A stretch of DNA of 64,000 nt, taken from the NCBI GenBank assembly GCA_010356995.1, contig ML996707.1, positions 434,001 through 498,000 of the forward strand, read 5' to 3'. The DNA is from Trichodelitschia bisporula (lineage: Eukaryota). Shown piece by piece: positions 48,618 to 60,200 of this stretch (positions are counted from its first letter, which is position 1; each line of letters starts with the position of its first letter). Both the position numbers and the translations under genes were made by a program. A model generated the notes under the pieces. That model had not been told where the DNA came from. It did no database searches and was given only the letters and a program-made list of their open reading frames with translations.

Positions 48618-49145
48618 TCAGAGCGAAAAGAAAATCCTATAAAGCCAAAGAGCCGCGTTCACCGCGGCCAGCATCACGCTCATGAAGGCGCCGGTCGTAT
48701 CGATCTCGAGGAAAGCATCCGGCCCGGGAACCGCCTCCGGCTCGGGGGTATCCGAGTGCGGCTGCTCGCGCTGCTCGTCCTCGGAAAAGCCTTCGATAAG
48801 GCCGCGTTGGTGCCGCAGCATCGCCGCGGTCGGCGTAGTGCGCGAGGGCCCGCAACGCCGGTAGGCGCGGGGCGGACCTTGAGGAGTGGCGGACCGGTAA
48901 ACAGACACCGGGGGGACGAAGTCCGGGGGGGAAGGAGCGCGCGAGCGGACCGAGCGCGCGGACTGCGGAGGCGAGTCCCCGACCAGGGTGGAGGAGTCGG
49001 AGGAGTCGGAGGAGTCGGAGGTTGGCGGGGATGGGTAGGGAGAGCTAGGCCGAGGCGCTGGAGCTTGAGATTCAATAGTCTCCTGCTCCTCCTCGAGGAC
49101 TAGCCATTCAAAGACGCGCTGGTTGAAAGGAGTGTTCCGAGCCAT
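48618..49145 (-). CDS. Hypothetical Ser/Pro-rich protein with C-terminal hydrophobic helix (possibly tail-anchored)
   Basis: MARNTPFNQRVFEWL... 175 aa, SDSSDSSDSS repeat, terminal GAFMSVMLAAVNAALWLYRIFFSL. Confidence 0.45.
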   Translation of the reverse strand: MARNTPFNQRVFEWLVLEEEQETIESQAPAPRPSSPYPSPPTSDSSDSSDSSTLVGDSPPQSARSVRSRAPSPPDFVPPVSVYRSATPQGPPRAYRRCGPSRTTPTAAMLRHQRGLIEGFSEDEQREQPHSDTPEPEAVPGPDAFLEIDTTGAFMSVMLAAVNAALWLYRIFFSL

Positions 49146-52100
49146 ATTGGCGAATGGCTTGAGAACGAAGAGCGAGTTAAAAAGGCCCAAGGCCAATTTA
49201 TGCTCCTGCTTGAAGGGCCCCCGAGAGATGAAAAGAGGACACTTTTCGAAAGCAGAGGGGAGAGGTCAAGGTATTTTCAAGAGCCACTTCAAGATCTAAC
49301 CTGGTCGCCGATATCTCGTTACGGCTCTCCGCTCTCTAGGACGCGTAGGCACAGTCGCAGTGCTTGCGTCGTCGCAGGGACGGCCAGCATGGTAAGTTGA
49401 CGATGCGGACGCCATCCGGCCCGTTCGAGTCCCGATCTCCGAGATGCATATGCCAGGGAAAGTCGCAGAATCGTAGTGACTCACTGGTTGCAGGGACGCC
49501 AGCATGACACTGTGAATACGTAAGTTGACGATTTGGGGGAGCCGCTATGCCAGTTACAGCGCGTCTACGTACTCTGCCCACCGTGGATTAGGGACAGCAG
49601 GATGAGAAATCAACGACTTTGACTTTCGCCGCTGATATCAGGGTTTGGGAGGATGCAAATACTTGCTACATTATCATGCCATGGCTACGCAGCTTATCAC
49701 GCTTGTGACTACGAAGCTGCCATCATCGTCATCGCAGGGAACGGGGTACCGACCCGGCAGGCCGAGAGTTCAATGTGCGGTACGTTAAGTCGGCGATTTT
49801 GACTGCGACTTCGATGTTGAACCCCCGGATGCTTACGACGCGCGCGCGTTTAAGCTACAGGCCAAGAGCTAGAGTACCATGGAACGCTCTCTGTCTAAAG
49901 CTTGGCTCAACGGCTGTTAGCGCTTGCACCACAGACTGAATATAAATGGAGTTGATACCTCGGAGTTTGTGTAAAAGAATATCAGTCGACGGTGTAGCTG
50001 CAACTTGGGCGTCGAGCCCAGATTCCGCCGAGGCGCGGATATACTAGAACTAGCGACGGGTCCAAAGCTATGGAACCACGGTGCGTACTCTGTCCGGAGT
50101 GATGATGGGCCCGCTGACAGCGCCAATGTTGCAAAAGATGAGATTTCCAAACGGGCGAGAAATCGGAAGTCACAGTGCATGCGTCTTATGCGCGACCACA
50201 CGGGTATTCTCGGTGATTAAAACAGCGTCCTCGGCGTGTGATCTAGAACTTCAGGTACGAGTCATCCCGCTTAAGGTTAGGCAGTATCGTACGTCCATTG
50301 GCTAATTGTCCCCTCCCTCATGTGAATTTCAGCCTTCGTGAGGCTGAGAGTGGTCGTAGTGGGGATGGAGTAGTGGTCTAGAAACAATCCACGCCAGCCA
50401 GAACGCTATTCCAGCTTTGCACAGCTCACTACAACCAAAGTCAGAGAAGGGCAAAGTGCGCGTCAAGTCCTCACTGGCATCACTATACACTCCAGGCGGT
50501 AAGTCTCGGCGATATCACAGCCGGAGACACGTCGGCTCACCCCAGTGGGTCTGCTTTCCCGGAACCGGTGCATTGTCGTTCCTGTTGCGAGTGCGGCCTA
50601 GAACGAAGATGGTGATCGTACCCGCGGGGAGGTGACGCCTCAATCCTAACTTCGGGACCCGGTCAGCTTGGTCGAGAGTTTAAGGGACGATGTCGACCGT
50701 GAAGGTAAGCAAGTGACGTTGTCGCCCTGGTCTTTGAGGCTCAGTCGGCTAAGGCGCGGCTGGGGGCACTTGGCGGTACCATAGGCCGGTCGGGCCGGCC
50801 CATAGATGCGGAGCCGCAGCACACGAAGACAAAACGAAGGAAGCTTCGCCACTCACGCGACCGGATCCTCTCCCAAAATACCACCCCGCACCAACGCTAC
50901 GACATTCCGCATCCACTGCCCCGCACACCTAACCCGCCCCACGCGGACGACGACGAGGGCGACCGCACCCCGGGAAGCGCTCGCCTGTTATATACTGGTA
51001 AGCGCTATGCTCGTATCCCCTTTATTGAGTTGCCAAATATGGTACCCATGCTCCAAGCGCACCGGCCAATGGCACCGCTGTACGGGAACGGCGATGCCTG
51101 TCACGCGAGGGCGAGTACGGTACGGTAGAGACGCACGATCGGCCGTCGCCAGATGTCATGCTGCGCAGCTCGAGGTCGCTGCTGGGGTTTGTACGGTATG
51201 CACCGGAGCAGGATCCGGTGGGGCAGCTTGGGTGCGCGAGCGTAGGACTCGCCGTTCGTGTGCGCGATGAAGCGAGGAAGGTGGCAGTGCTGTGGTTGCA
51301 GCGGGCAAGAGATACTACTCGTATGCGTGCCGAGTGTGTTTGGCGGGGATGTTTGGTTAGGTGGTGCGATATTGGTGAGGATATGGGTGAGTTTGGTGTT
51401 GGCAAGTCGTTCAACACCCCTCCTCTGCGCGTCGTCTGCTCCTTTCTCCTCGCCGCACCGACACCGGCAGCTGTTTGGCCCAGGAGGCAAGCGCGCACCG
51501 ACCAGGAGTTGAGAACATTTTGATCACCCGAAAGCTTCATCTTCGGCCTCCTCCCACGCCGCAGAACAAAAACGCACACCGACCGCCCTTCGGCACCCAC
51601 CACCGGAACAAGCTTCGCAGCGGAACGCCGATGCAGCAAGAAAAAAAGAAGAAGGCCGGAAACTCGCTTGCCCCGCGCCATTGTGTCAGAGCAGCGGAAG
51701 CGCGCAGGCCCAAGCGGGAGAGTTGGTATCGGTGCAGGCTTGCAAAACCTGAGCCGCGCAGGGTAGGGGAGGTTGCTCGGGCTGCACGGCGTGTTTGGGG
51801 TGGAAACGGAACGGGTGGTGGTGGCGGCGGGCGTCAGTCTCTTGTCTCCTTTGTGGAACTCCGCACTCCGCTCCGCGATTCTCTTACCGTGCAAAGTTTG
51901 TACCGACCGGTACGGTGTGCGACCTCCTGCGTCGTGACAGCTGCAGCCAGCAGTATCACCGAGGGGGGAGGGTACCGGTGATATGTAGGAGAAGGGGAGG
52001 GAATGACATGTTGACGTCGGGTGTGTCTCTTGTCAACTTGTCTGACGGGGCCGAGCATTCGGTCTCTGGTTACGTATGGGCGACTCTCTCGTCTGGTTTT

Positions 52101-52576
52101 TGCCGCTCTTAATCCTCCACCGTCGCCGCGGACATCACGACGCCGCACCCCGCGAGGCTGCACGCCCTCTCCAGCCGCGGGCGCTGGGGCTACCGCCAGG
52201 GGCTGGGGGGGCCTGGAAGTGCTTGACTCTTGGTCTGCAGGAGGGCACGAGGTGAGTATGGGGCAACAATCGAAGAGGTCGGGGGAGAAGAGCCGTATCG
52301 AGCAGGTCTTGTTCTCTTCGCCGCGCTAGCAAGCTACTCCGTAGATGTCGTATTCCGGGGATGATGACCGACAACAACGACTACCTGGTAGATTGTCCAC
52401 AGCCTGATAGGCGGCGATCGTCAGGTCTCATTTCCTCTGTTCTCCTCTCTTCTAACCCCCGCATCACTCGTAGATTGTACGGTAGGGAAAGACAGAGAAC
52501 TGTCAGATCCATCTCTTCGTCTCTCCATAGGCATCATCATCCTTGGACGGCAGCGAACAGTTTCTAGCATCTTTCC

Positions 52577-52598
52577 CTCTCTCTCTCTCTCTCTCTCT
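52577..52598. repeat. (CT)n microsatellite
   Basis: About 11 CT units read directly. Confidence 0.85.
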
Positions 52599-53751
52599 GT
52601 ATCTCCATCCTCTCTCCAAGGAGCACGCCTCGTTTCGCCAACCGCCCGATGCCAATTTTTTGGCCCCCGCCAATGCCGTCCACTAGCGACGCCCCCGAAT
52701 CAGCCCGCGTCTACGGTAGTCCTTCACCCCCAGCATTACCACTTACAGTCCCCCGTGGCGCACCCCAAGCCCCATGAAAACTCCTTCTGAATGGCCAGTC
52801 CCCAAGCCCCAGGCTTCAGACTTCCCCAGGAACAAAAAGCTCCCCTGACTTCACCACACCTCCTCAGCCTAGCCTGGTCCTTAAGCAACCACCACACCAG
52901 CAACATACCCCCCCTTCGCCCCCCGTTCCCCCCCCCGCGAGCTCGCCTCTTTCTCCATCACCAACCGTAAATCCTGTGGCTTGGCCCCGTCCAAATTTCA
53001 ACTGCGTCGTGAATTGCTCGTGCGCCTAACTGTTACAGGCTGCTCCTGACCCTCTTCCCTGCCCGCACGATGCTCTCGCCTGCCCGCCTCAGCCAAACCT
53101 CGTACTCTGCCCTCCGTTTATCCCCTCATCCCCAGCGAACATCATTTAGCCTGGGCATCATGGCTCGTTTCGACCGTTCCCCAAGAAACTGCGAGAAGTG
53201 ATCCCATGCTCAACAGCCTCTCCTCCCATCAAAGTTTCGAATACTTGAACCCACCGCCTTGCCGCCTTCACGGCATACTCCCGCCCCCTCCCCCCACTGC
53301 CCGCCTTGTCCGCATTAGACTCCGCAAAACCCACACGGCTGAAGACGCCACAGCACCCTTAGCGACGCCTATCTGCCAACCTAATTTCCCCCCTCTCGCC
53401 GAATATAGCCTGCGCCAACGCCTTCTTATACCGGACTTCCAGCCTCGCAGCAGCGCCAAAGCACAGCACAGATCCTCCACCATCAGCCCACCGCGCACGC
53501 TACGCACGCCTCTCGCTTCTAGTGTCACTCGTTCAACCGCCGCCCAACGCCAGCGACCTGTACCACAGACCACCACGGCTCCCACCGCATCTACTGCACA
53601 AGACTCAATAAAACCACACTCACTCCCCGTCCCCCTGCTCGACCGCCAACCTTCTCGCAACTACATTCTTTCACCTCCCAAACGACACTAATTTTCGTCG
53701 CCGACCTTCGCTATCACCGCGTCCCTCGTTTCCACGCAACCTACAGCAACG

Positions 53752-54511
53752 ATGAAGTTCACAACCCTCCTCCTCCCGGTCTTCGCTGGCCTCGCCCTCG
53801 CTGCGACCTCCGCCCCCGCCCCCTCCCCGAGCGATTCCTGCGCCGCGGGCAAGATCCTCGGCATCAACGCCATGTGCGGCAACTCGCCCGTCGACTGCGG
53901 AAGCGGACGCTGCTGCCTCAAGGGGCAGAAGTGCGTATCCGGGTCGAAGGGCGTGCCTGCCTGCACGGATCCAGATCTCAAGGATGACAGCGGGTGAGCA
54001 GTCCCAACGACGTTGCACAAGCAACGTCATAATACATGAAGCAGGAAGTGCTAACCCAGCCTCCAGGAAGGGCCTCACCGTCAGCGCCGCCTGCTACGGC
54101 TCACCTTCGACGTCCAGCAGCAAGCCCACGGGCACCGGGTCCTCCACGGCCAAGCCGACCGACAGCAAGTCAGGTACATTTACGCACACCGGTTCCGGCC
54201 CCTCTCACCCGACCGGCGGGCCAGGCGGACCCCCGTCAGGCCCGTCGCACCCGGGCGATGGGACTCCAACGCCTTCCTTCCCCGGCGGCGCGTCCCCGAG
54301 CCACAGTGGCCCTCCCGGCCATGGGTTCCCCCCTTATTCCTTTACTAACTCGAGTGATACAGGCTCTGGTGCGTCTGGTACGACCGGTGGTGACAAGGGG
54401 AGCAAGACGGGCGGCGTGGTGCAGCAGACCACCAACGCGGCGCCGCGCAGCGTGCAGATGCAGGCGGCGGCGTTGTTGGCGGGTGTTGGTGCAGTTGCTT
54501 TCTGGCTTTAA
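53752..54511 (+). CDS. Secreted, probably GPI-anchored protein with small Cys-rich domain and Ser/Thr/Pro/Gly stalk
   Basis: Signal peptide MKFTTLLLPVFAGLALA; 8 Cys including CC; intron 53994-54066; omega-like NAA followed by hydrophobic AAALLAGVGAVAFWL. Confidence 0.85.
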
Positions 54512-55323
54512 GCGCAGTCTTTGAGGGTTACCTTGCGGTTTGACAACGAAAATTCGGCGCGTATTTGTCGGTCTTCGGAACAAAATCGCTGCTGTCTTTT
54601 GCGCGTTCGCATTTCGATGATATCATACTGGCGTCCTGTCCTTTGCGTTGGTGTTGTTTATATTCCCCCCTGGCTCTGTTCGGGCGGTAGCTGGTGAGGA
54701 GCGGAGTGCATGGTACCTTAATGTGTATATAATCGGGGGTCAATGTATATGACTGGTTGGACGATGGAGGAGAGATACTTTGGTCATATTCTGGAAATAT
54801 GTTGGCCTGCTGTCTTCAGCGGTTCCCAGCTGTTGCACTCCCGTTTTTCTGTCGTTCGTGTGTCTGGTGTCTTCTGATCGCTGCTCGCCTGCATGGATTG
54901 TCGTCGACCTTCCTATCGCGGTTATGCAGGTCCGTGGTACGCAATATTATGTGCAGGGCTGGGATCAGAGATTCCGAGTCTGGACCCCTCCCGCCAGCGA
55001 ATCTATGACTCCGATTCCGAAAATCGCCTGCAAAAATCCACAAACCAACGCTTTTATGAATTAGAATTAGTTAAGTGAAGAGTGACGTACCGCTCCGTCG
55101 ATGCTCCCTGTCGATAAACTTTCAAGACTGACGACAAGGCTGAGCCACGCCTATCGGTCGCAAAAGCGGCCCCACCGCTCGGGCACCCGCAGGCGCACCC
55201 AACCTCAACCCAATCCCCCCGCCTCCGGACCTCACCCCGGAACCCCAACCACAACCACATCCACATCCTTATCTACAGTGCATCATCATCTTTTTCAATT
55301 CACCAGCCACTATCGAAGTCCAC

Positions 55324-56170
55324 ATGGCCACGGCGGCCCCCTCCTCCCCTGTCCCACACCCCTACTATCCGCCTTCAACGCTTCTGCCCAACTACGTGCC
55401 CAACAGCTGGCACTTTCTGACGCTGCTGGGCACGTTCGCAGCAGGATGCACGGCCGTGCTGGGCGTCGCGGGGCTGGGCGCGCGGAGCTTGAGGCCAGAC
55501 CTGCGAGGGTCGGAGTTGGCGACGGTGCTGTGGTTCGTGTTGTGTGAGTAGCTTGTTGGGTGCTAGTTCTAGTACAGCTGAGCTGATGCGAATAGCGGGG
55601 TGCATACATGTATTATTCGAAGGATACTATGTGTACAACTTTGACCGCATTGCTGGGGCTCAGGACCTGTTCGGTCAGCTGTGGAAGGAGTATGCGTATT
55701 CTGATAGCCGGTATTTGACGACCAATGTCGGGGTGTTATGCATGGAGGTTATCACCGTGGTACGTCCCGCAGCAAGGCCTAGGTTTGTGCAGACTGACGA
55801 TGAGATTTAGCTGCTCTGGGGTCCGCTGTGCTTCACTGTCGCGGCGATGATCGTCACTGATCACCCGCTTCGGTACCCACTGCAGGGCCTGGTGAGTCTG
55901 GGGCAGTTGTATGGCGATGTGCTGTACTATGTGACTAGCTTGACGGATCTTTACCTGCTGGGCGTGTCGTATTCAAGGCCAGAGCGGTTCTTCTTCTGGG
56001 TGTATTTTGTGGGATTGAATAGCTTTTGGCTCTTCATTCCGGCCCGGTTGATTTGGAAGAGTGTGAGGGAGACGGGGGAGTCGTTCGCGGTTAGACGAAA
56101 GATGGAGAGGACATTGAAGCGGGGAAGAGAGAGGTTGGAGTGGGAGAGGGAGGGGAAGAAGGTGCTTTAG
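55324..56170 (+). CDS. Emopamil-binding protein (EBP) family, sterol delta8-delta7 isomerase-like
   Basis: PHPYYP, LWFVLSGCIHVLFEGYY, GQLWKEYAYSDSRY, CMEVIT, SLGQLYGDVLYY, NSFWLFIP; introns 55544-55595 and 55760-55810; C-terminal KKVL ER-retrieval signal. Confidence 0.92.
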
Positions 56171-57235
56171 AATGGGCCGGTGATGGTGAGGCGTGCCCAT
56201 ATGGGTTGAATGCCGAAAAGTCAGCTCATACGTTCGTAAGGTGTCGGTGGCGACATCTTGCAAACGTTCCATGACGTGCTTTATGACCTCATGAACTGCT
56301 CTGTCTCTGATATTGAAGGCAAGCGCCTTCGACACTGTAGAACTACAGTCTTGAACTCTGATCTTAAGGCACCCGAACAAAGTGCTGGCAGCCGTGGTCC
56401 GCTAAAACGTCCGGGCAGGGCGGCCATGATTTTCAATTCGTCTCTCGACGTTGAGACACCAGATCAAATTTGCCTCGAATAACGGTTCTTATATCGAACA
56501 CCCCAACTAGAAGCTTACATATCGACTGAGATAGGCTGTTACCAGCAGGATATCGTCAATCTGATATATCTTCTATGACTATTTGCCAGAGATGTCCTGC
56601 CAATGTATGGCTGTAAATAGATAGGCTAGCGCCACAGTGTGCGGGTAGCCATGGTGACGATCGCAAGGCACAAGCAGGGGTGGCGAGCCTCAAACATCCC
56701 GGAAGGGAAAAAACAATGCTGACTCGCCATGATGCAGCACATCAATTCTCCATCTCATACTCTTTCCAGATGCGAAATAAATAATTGTTTGTGCGTATCT
56801 AATCGACGACCACAAACAACACGTCTATCTTCCAGCGGCCTCACAGACTCTGCGCTGTGAAGGCAAGTAAGCCCAGCAAAGGCAACTGCACCTCGCCGTC
56901 GTGGACCAACCGCATCGCTCGGCCCTGTGTACCTTTTCCTAGCGCTGCAGCGAAACCTCAACCTCACAATCTCCATCCATCCCCCACTCCAACTTCCGGA
57001 GAAACGACTTTCGAAGACCACATCCTTCTCTCTCCCGTGTTTGATGGGCCCATTCTTCCCGGGCACATCATAGCTATAATCTACGACCATTTCCACCCCG
57101 CCAACCCGCGAAACCCCACCCAAAACTACATGTAGCAAGGCAGTGAGGTGGGTAAACAAACGCTCCTTCCGGCTTTCTCTTCACCCCACCACAATTCCGT
57201 TCGCGATTCTGACCGTGCAATCATTTGTAGATTCC

Positions 57236-60200
57236 ATGCCTGCGCCCCTTGCATCGCAGACACGAGCGTCTGCGCCTGCAAAGGCCGCGGACCCCGCGAA
57301 ACCCGCCCCAAAGCTCACGACGCGCAACCTCGTTGGCGGCAAACCGATTGACGTCCACAGCAACGCTACAGTGCGCGACAAAGTGCGAAAATGGCATCTT
57401 AAAGGCGGAGGCGTAATCACGCAGGATGACGTTTTGGCGGACTCTGATGCGGAGGTGCCTGCGAAAGAACCCGTGAAGGAGGCAAAGGAGTCAAGGGAGC
57501 CGTCCGTGGTCGAAAACAGCAAGGAGCTGGTGCTTGTCAAGCCTGATGGCGTCAAGTCAGACGTCTCCTCCAGGTCCAAGGGCAAGGGGGAATCGGTGCT
57601 TGTCGCGCCGGATGGCGTCAAGTCAGACGTCTCCTCCAGGTCAAAGGGCAAGAGCAGAGCGGGCTCCGAGACACCTGTTGTCGTTGTCGAGTATGACACC
57701 GCCGATGCGCCAGCAACCCCACAGCGTAGCCACGTTTCAATCCGCGAAGCCGTAACCGAACCTGCACGTCCGCGCATCATCGAACATCGACCAAAGGCAG
57801 ACAGCGCGGAGGGTCGAATTGTCGATCCTCCCTCCACCCCTCACCAAAGCGACTTATCGCTCCGCGAACCACCTGCTACCGATCCGCTCAAGCCGCGCAT
57901 CGTCGAACGCAAGCCCCGTCCGAACACGCTTGATGAGGAAATCCACGAGGCTACGGCGCCAAAGAAACGCGTTGTCAGCGACAGTCGTTGGCGGCGACAG
58001 CACTCTCCCACCAAGCCCACCCAGCCGAAAGAACCGGCGCCGCCTCCTGCATCAAACCTTTCTAAGAAGGACGTCAAGCTTGCGTGGGTCCGGCCACCGC
58101 TCCTTCCACGCCAGAGCGGCGGGACGGAAGAACCACCGAAACCGAAACCAAAGCCTCCTGCGAAGCCGATCGGTGTGTATTCTGGCAAGGTACAGCAGCC
58201 TCGTCGTCCGCTCGCTGCCACCGTACTCAGCCCTCTCCTTAATAAACTGGAGGGCTCGTTCCTCGACACGCCTCCACAGCAAATCCAGCCTCTCAGCCCG
58301 CCTCGTACGAGATCCACTCTTCGCAAAAAGCCTCCTCAACCGCGTGCTACGTCACCAGATTGGGTCAGCAGTGACGACGACGACATCCATCCTAGTCGCA
58401 ATAACGCTCGTCGACGCCGCAGCAGCGCACAGCCTGAACCATTCATTGACCGACGCACCTCGAAGAACCGGCGAAAGAGCCGCGAGACCCTCTCTGAACC
58501 CTCTCTCTCATCCTCCGAAGAATCCCCAGAGCGACGTCCTAGCGATCGTCGGCGAAACAAGAGTGCCGGGCCTGGAGGTCAAGACTATCGTGGCTATGTT
58601 AGTGACCGCAGACCGAGCAGCGATCGGCGAGCCAGCATGACAAAGAAGCCATCAATGGACGCGCACGATATTCCACATGGCATGCGGCGTGAGAATCACA
58701 TGCGATCGAAAACCGAAGGCAGTTATATGGAGGATAGAGGCTACAAGCAGTCCCCTCGACCGCGGCAAGATCATGATTATGGCCGAACAGCGGCCGATTA
58801 TCGTAGCGAGTACGAAAAGTTTGCGCCTCGGCGTGATCCGTACGACACAGAGCGGAGTGGCACCGTGCGGAGAAAGCAGCCTCCTGCTTACGAGGCAGCT
58901 GAAGATGAGCCCCCTCCACTCCAGCCAGTCTCTGGCAACCGCGTCGAGGCATGGCTTTCCGGGACTCCAGATCCCTTCACAACTCCTAAAAAGAAGCCTG
59001 ATCGCAGAGTGTTCTCATTTGAGCAAACGAGCAAGCTTGAGCTTTCGCCTTCAGATGTCACCTCAGAGAGCCACAGTCCGGATGTGCGGTCTAGCAAGCG
59101 AAAGTCTTCATCGAAGAAAAGCAAGGATCTTAGGGTGGAGACTGAATTGCGGCGACATGTACGCGCGCACTCTGAGCCACTTAACCACGACTTGGAGTCA
59201 GAGACGGGCTACTCATCCACCACATCTGCATCGACATTGAAGCGCAGCGGCGCGCACCGCGGTCACGCACGTACCCCGACGCGCGACTTGAAGTCTCCTC
59301 GATACGATGACACAAACACGGATGTCTCAACGGCGACTTCCTTGACTGAGAGTTCTCGCCTCACCGAGACAACCGTCACTGACAGCTCTCATCTCACCGG
59401 ATCTGTCATCACCGAATCTGTCATCACAGAGTCGACCATCACTGATTCAACCCTCACCGAGTCAACTCTCACTGAGAGTGATTTGACTTCGAGCGCGCTC
59501 TCATCGTCAGTTGATCCGCGGCAATTTGAGCTTCCCGAGCTCCGCCCGCGGCCTGGCATGCCGGGGTACGTTGCACGACGGATGTTCCCCTCCACAGGCA
59601 AACGCCTCTCGACCATTGCATCAGTCGAAACATTCAACACGAAAGCACAACAGGCGCCTCCATCGGAGATTTCAGAAGGCGGCTCGGAAGTCAGCCAAGC
59701 CACCGAGCGGCCAGCCAGCGACATCGTCACGGACCTCCCGAACATGGCTGGTGACAACACCGTGGGAGCATCCAAGAGCCGTGCTAGCCTGAAGAGACGC
59801 CTTACGAAGCACTCCGATCTGATGACCGTTCTCTCGATGCCGGGTGCGACGAGGAGCAAGAGCATCATCTCTGCTCGCAGCATCCGCACGCACCGCAGTC
59901 GTCTCGAGACGGCCACCGTGCAGGATCTCATGCGAGAGCTCGCATCCGATGAGTCCAAATACATGCGCGAGCTGCGCACCCTCGCTGACAGCGTTATTCC
60001 CGTGTTGCTAAAATGCCTGCTCTCCAAGTCCGAGGCCTCGGTGGCCGTTGGGCTTTTCAACAAGGCGCTCACGACGGAGAAGGAGGCCATTGCGGCGACG
60101 ACGAAGACGATAACCGACATGAGTATCGCAGTCAAGAAACTCAAAACACTCCATAAGCGGATTCCCAAGGAGAGCCATACCTCGTTTCTGATCTGGGCGC

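Noticed and set aside
49420..49440. GTTCGAGTCCC tRNA T-loop-like motif
   Set aside because: No T-stem, acceptor stem or D-arm can be built around it.
51022..51894. 290-aa minus ORF and overlapping ORFs at 50.8-52.3 kb
   Set aside because: Non-ATG start and Arg/Pro/Ala-rich translations in several frames, typical of GC-rich non-coding DNA.
2936..56170. Possible sterol/lipid/iron gene cluster (Upc2-like TF, elongase, FET3/FTR1, EBP)
   Set aside because: Spread over >50 kb with unrelated housekeeping genes in between; no shared promoter motif seen.
56698..56712. CCCGGAAGGG resembling SRP RNA helix 8
   Set aside because: Lacks the flanking CAGG/AGCA internal-loop residues.
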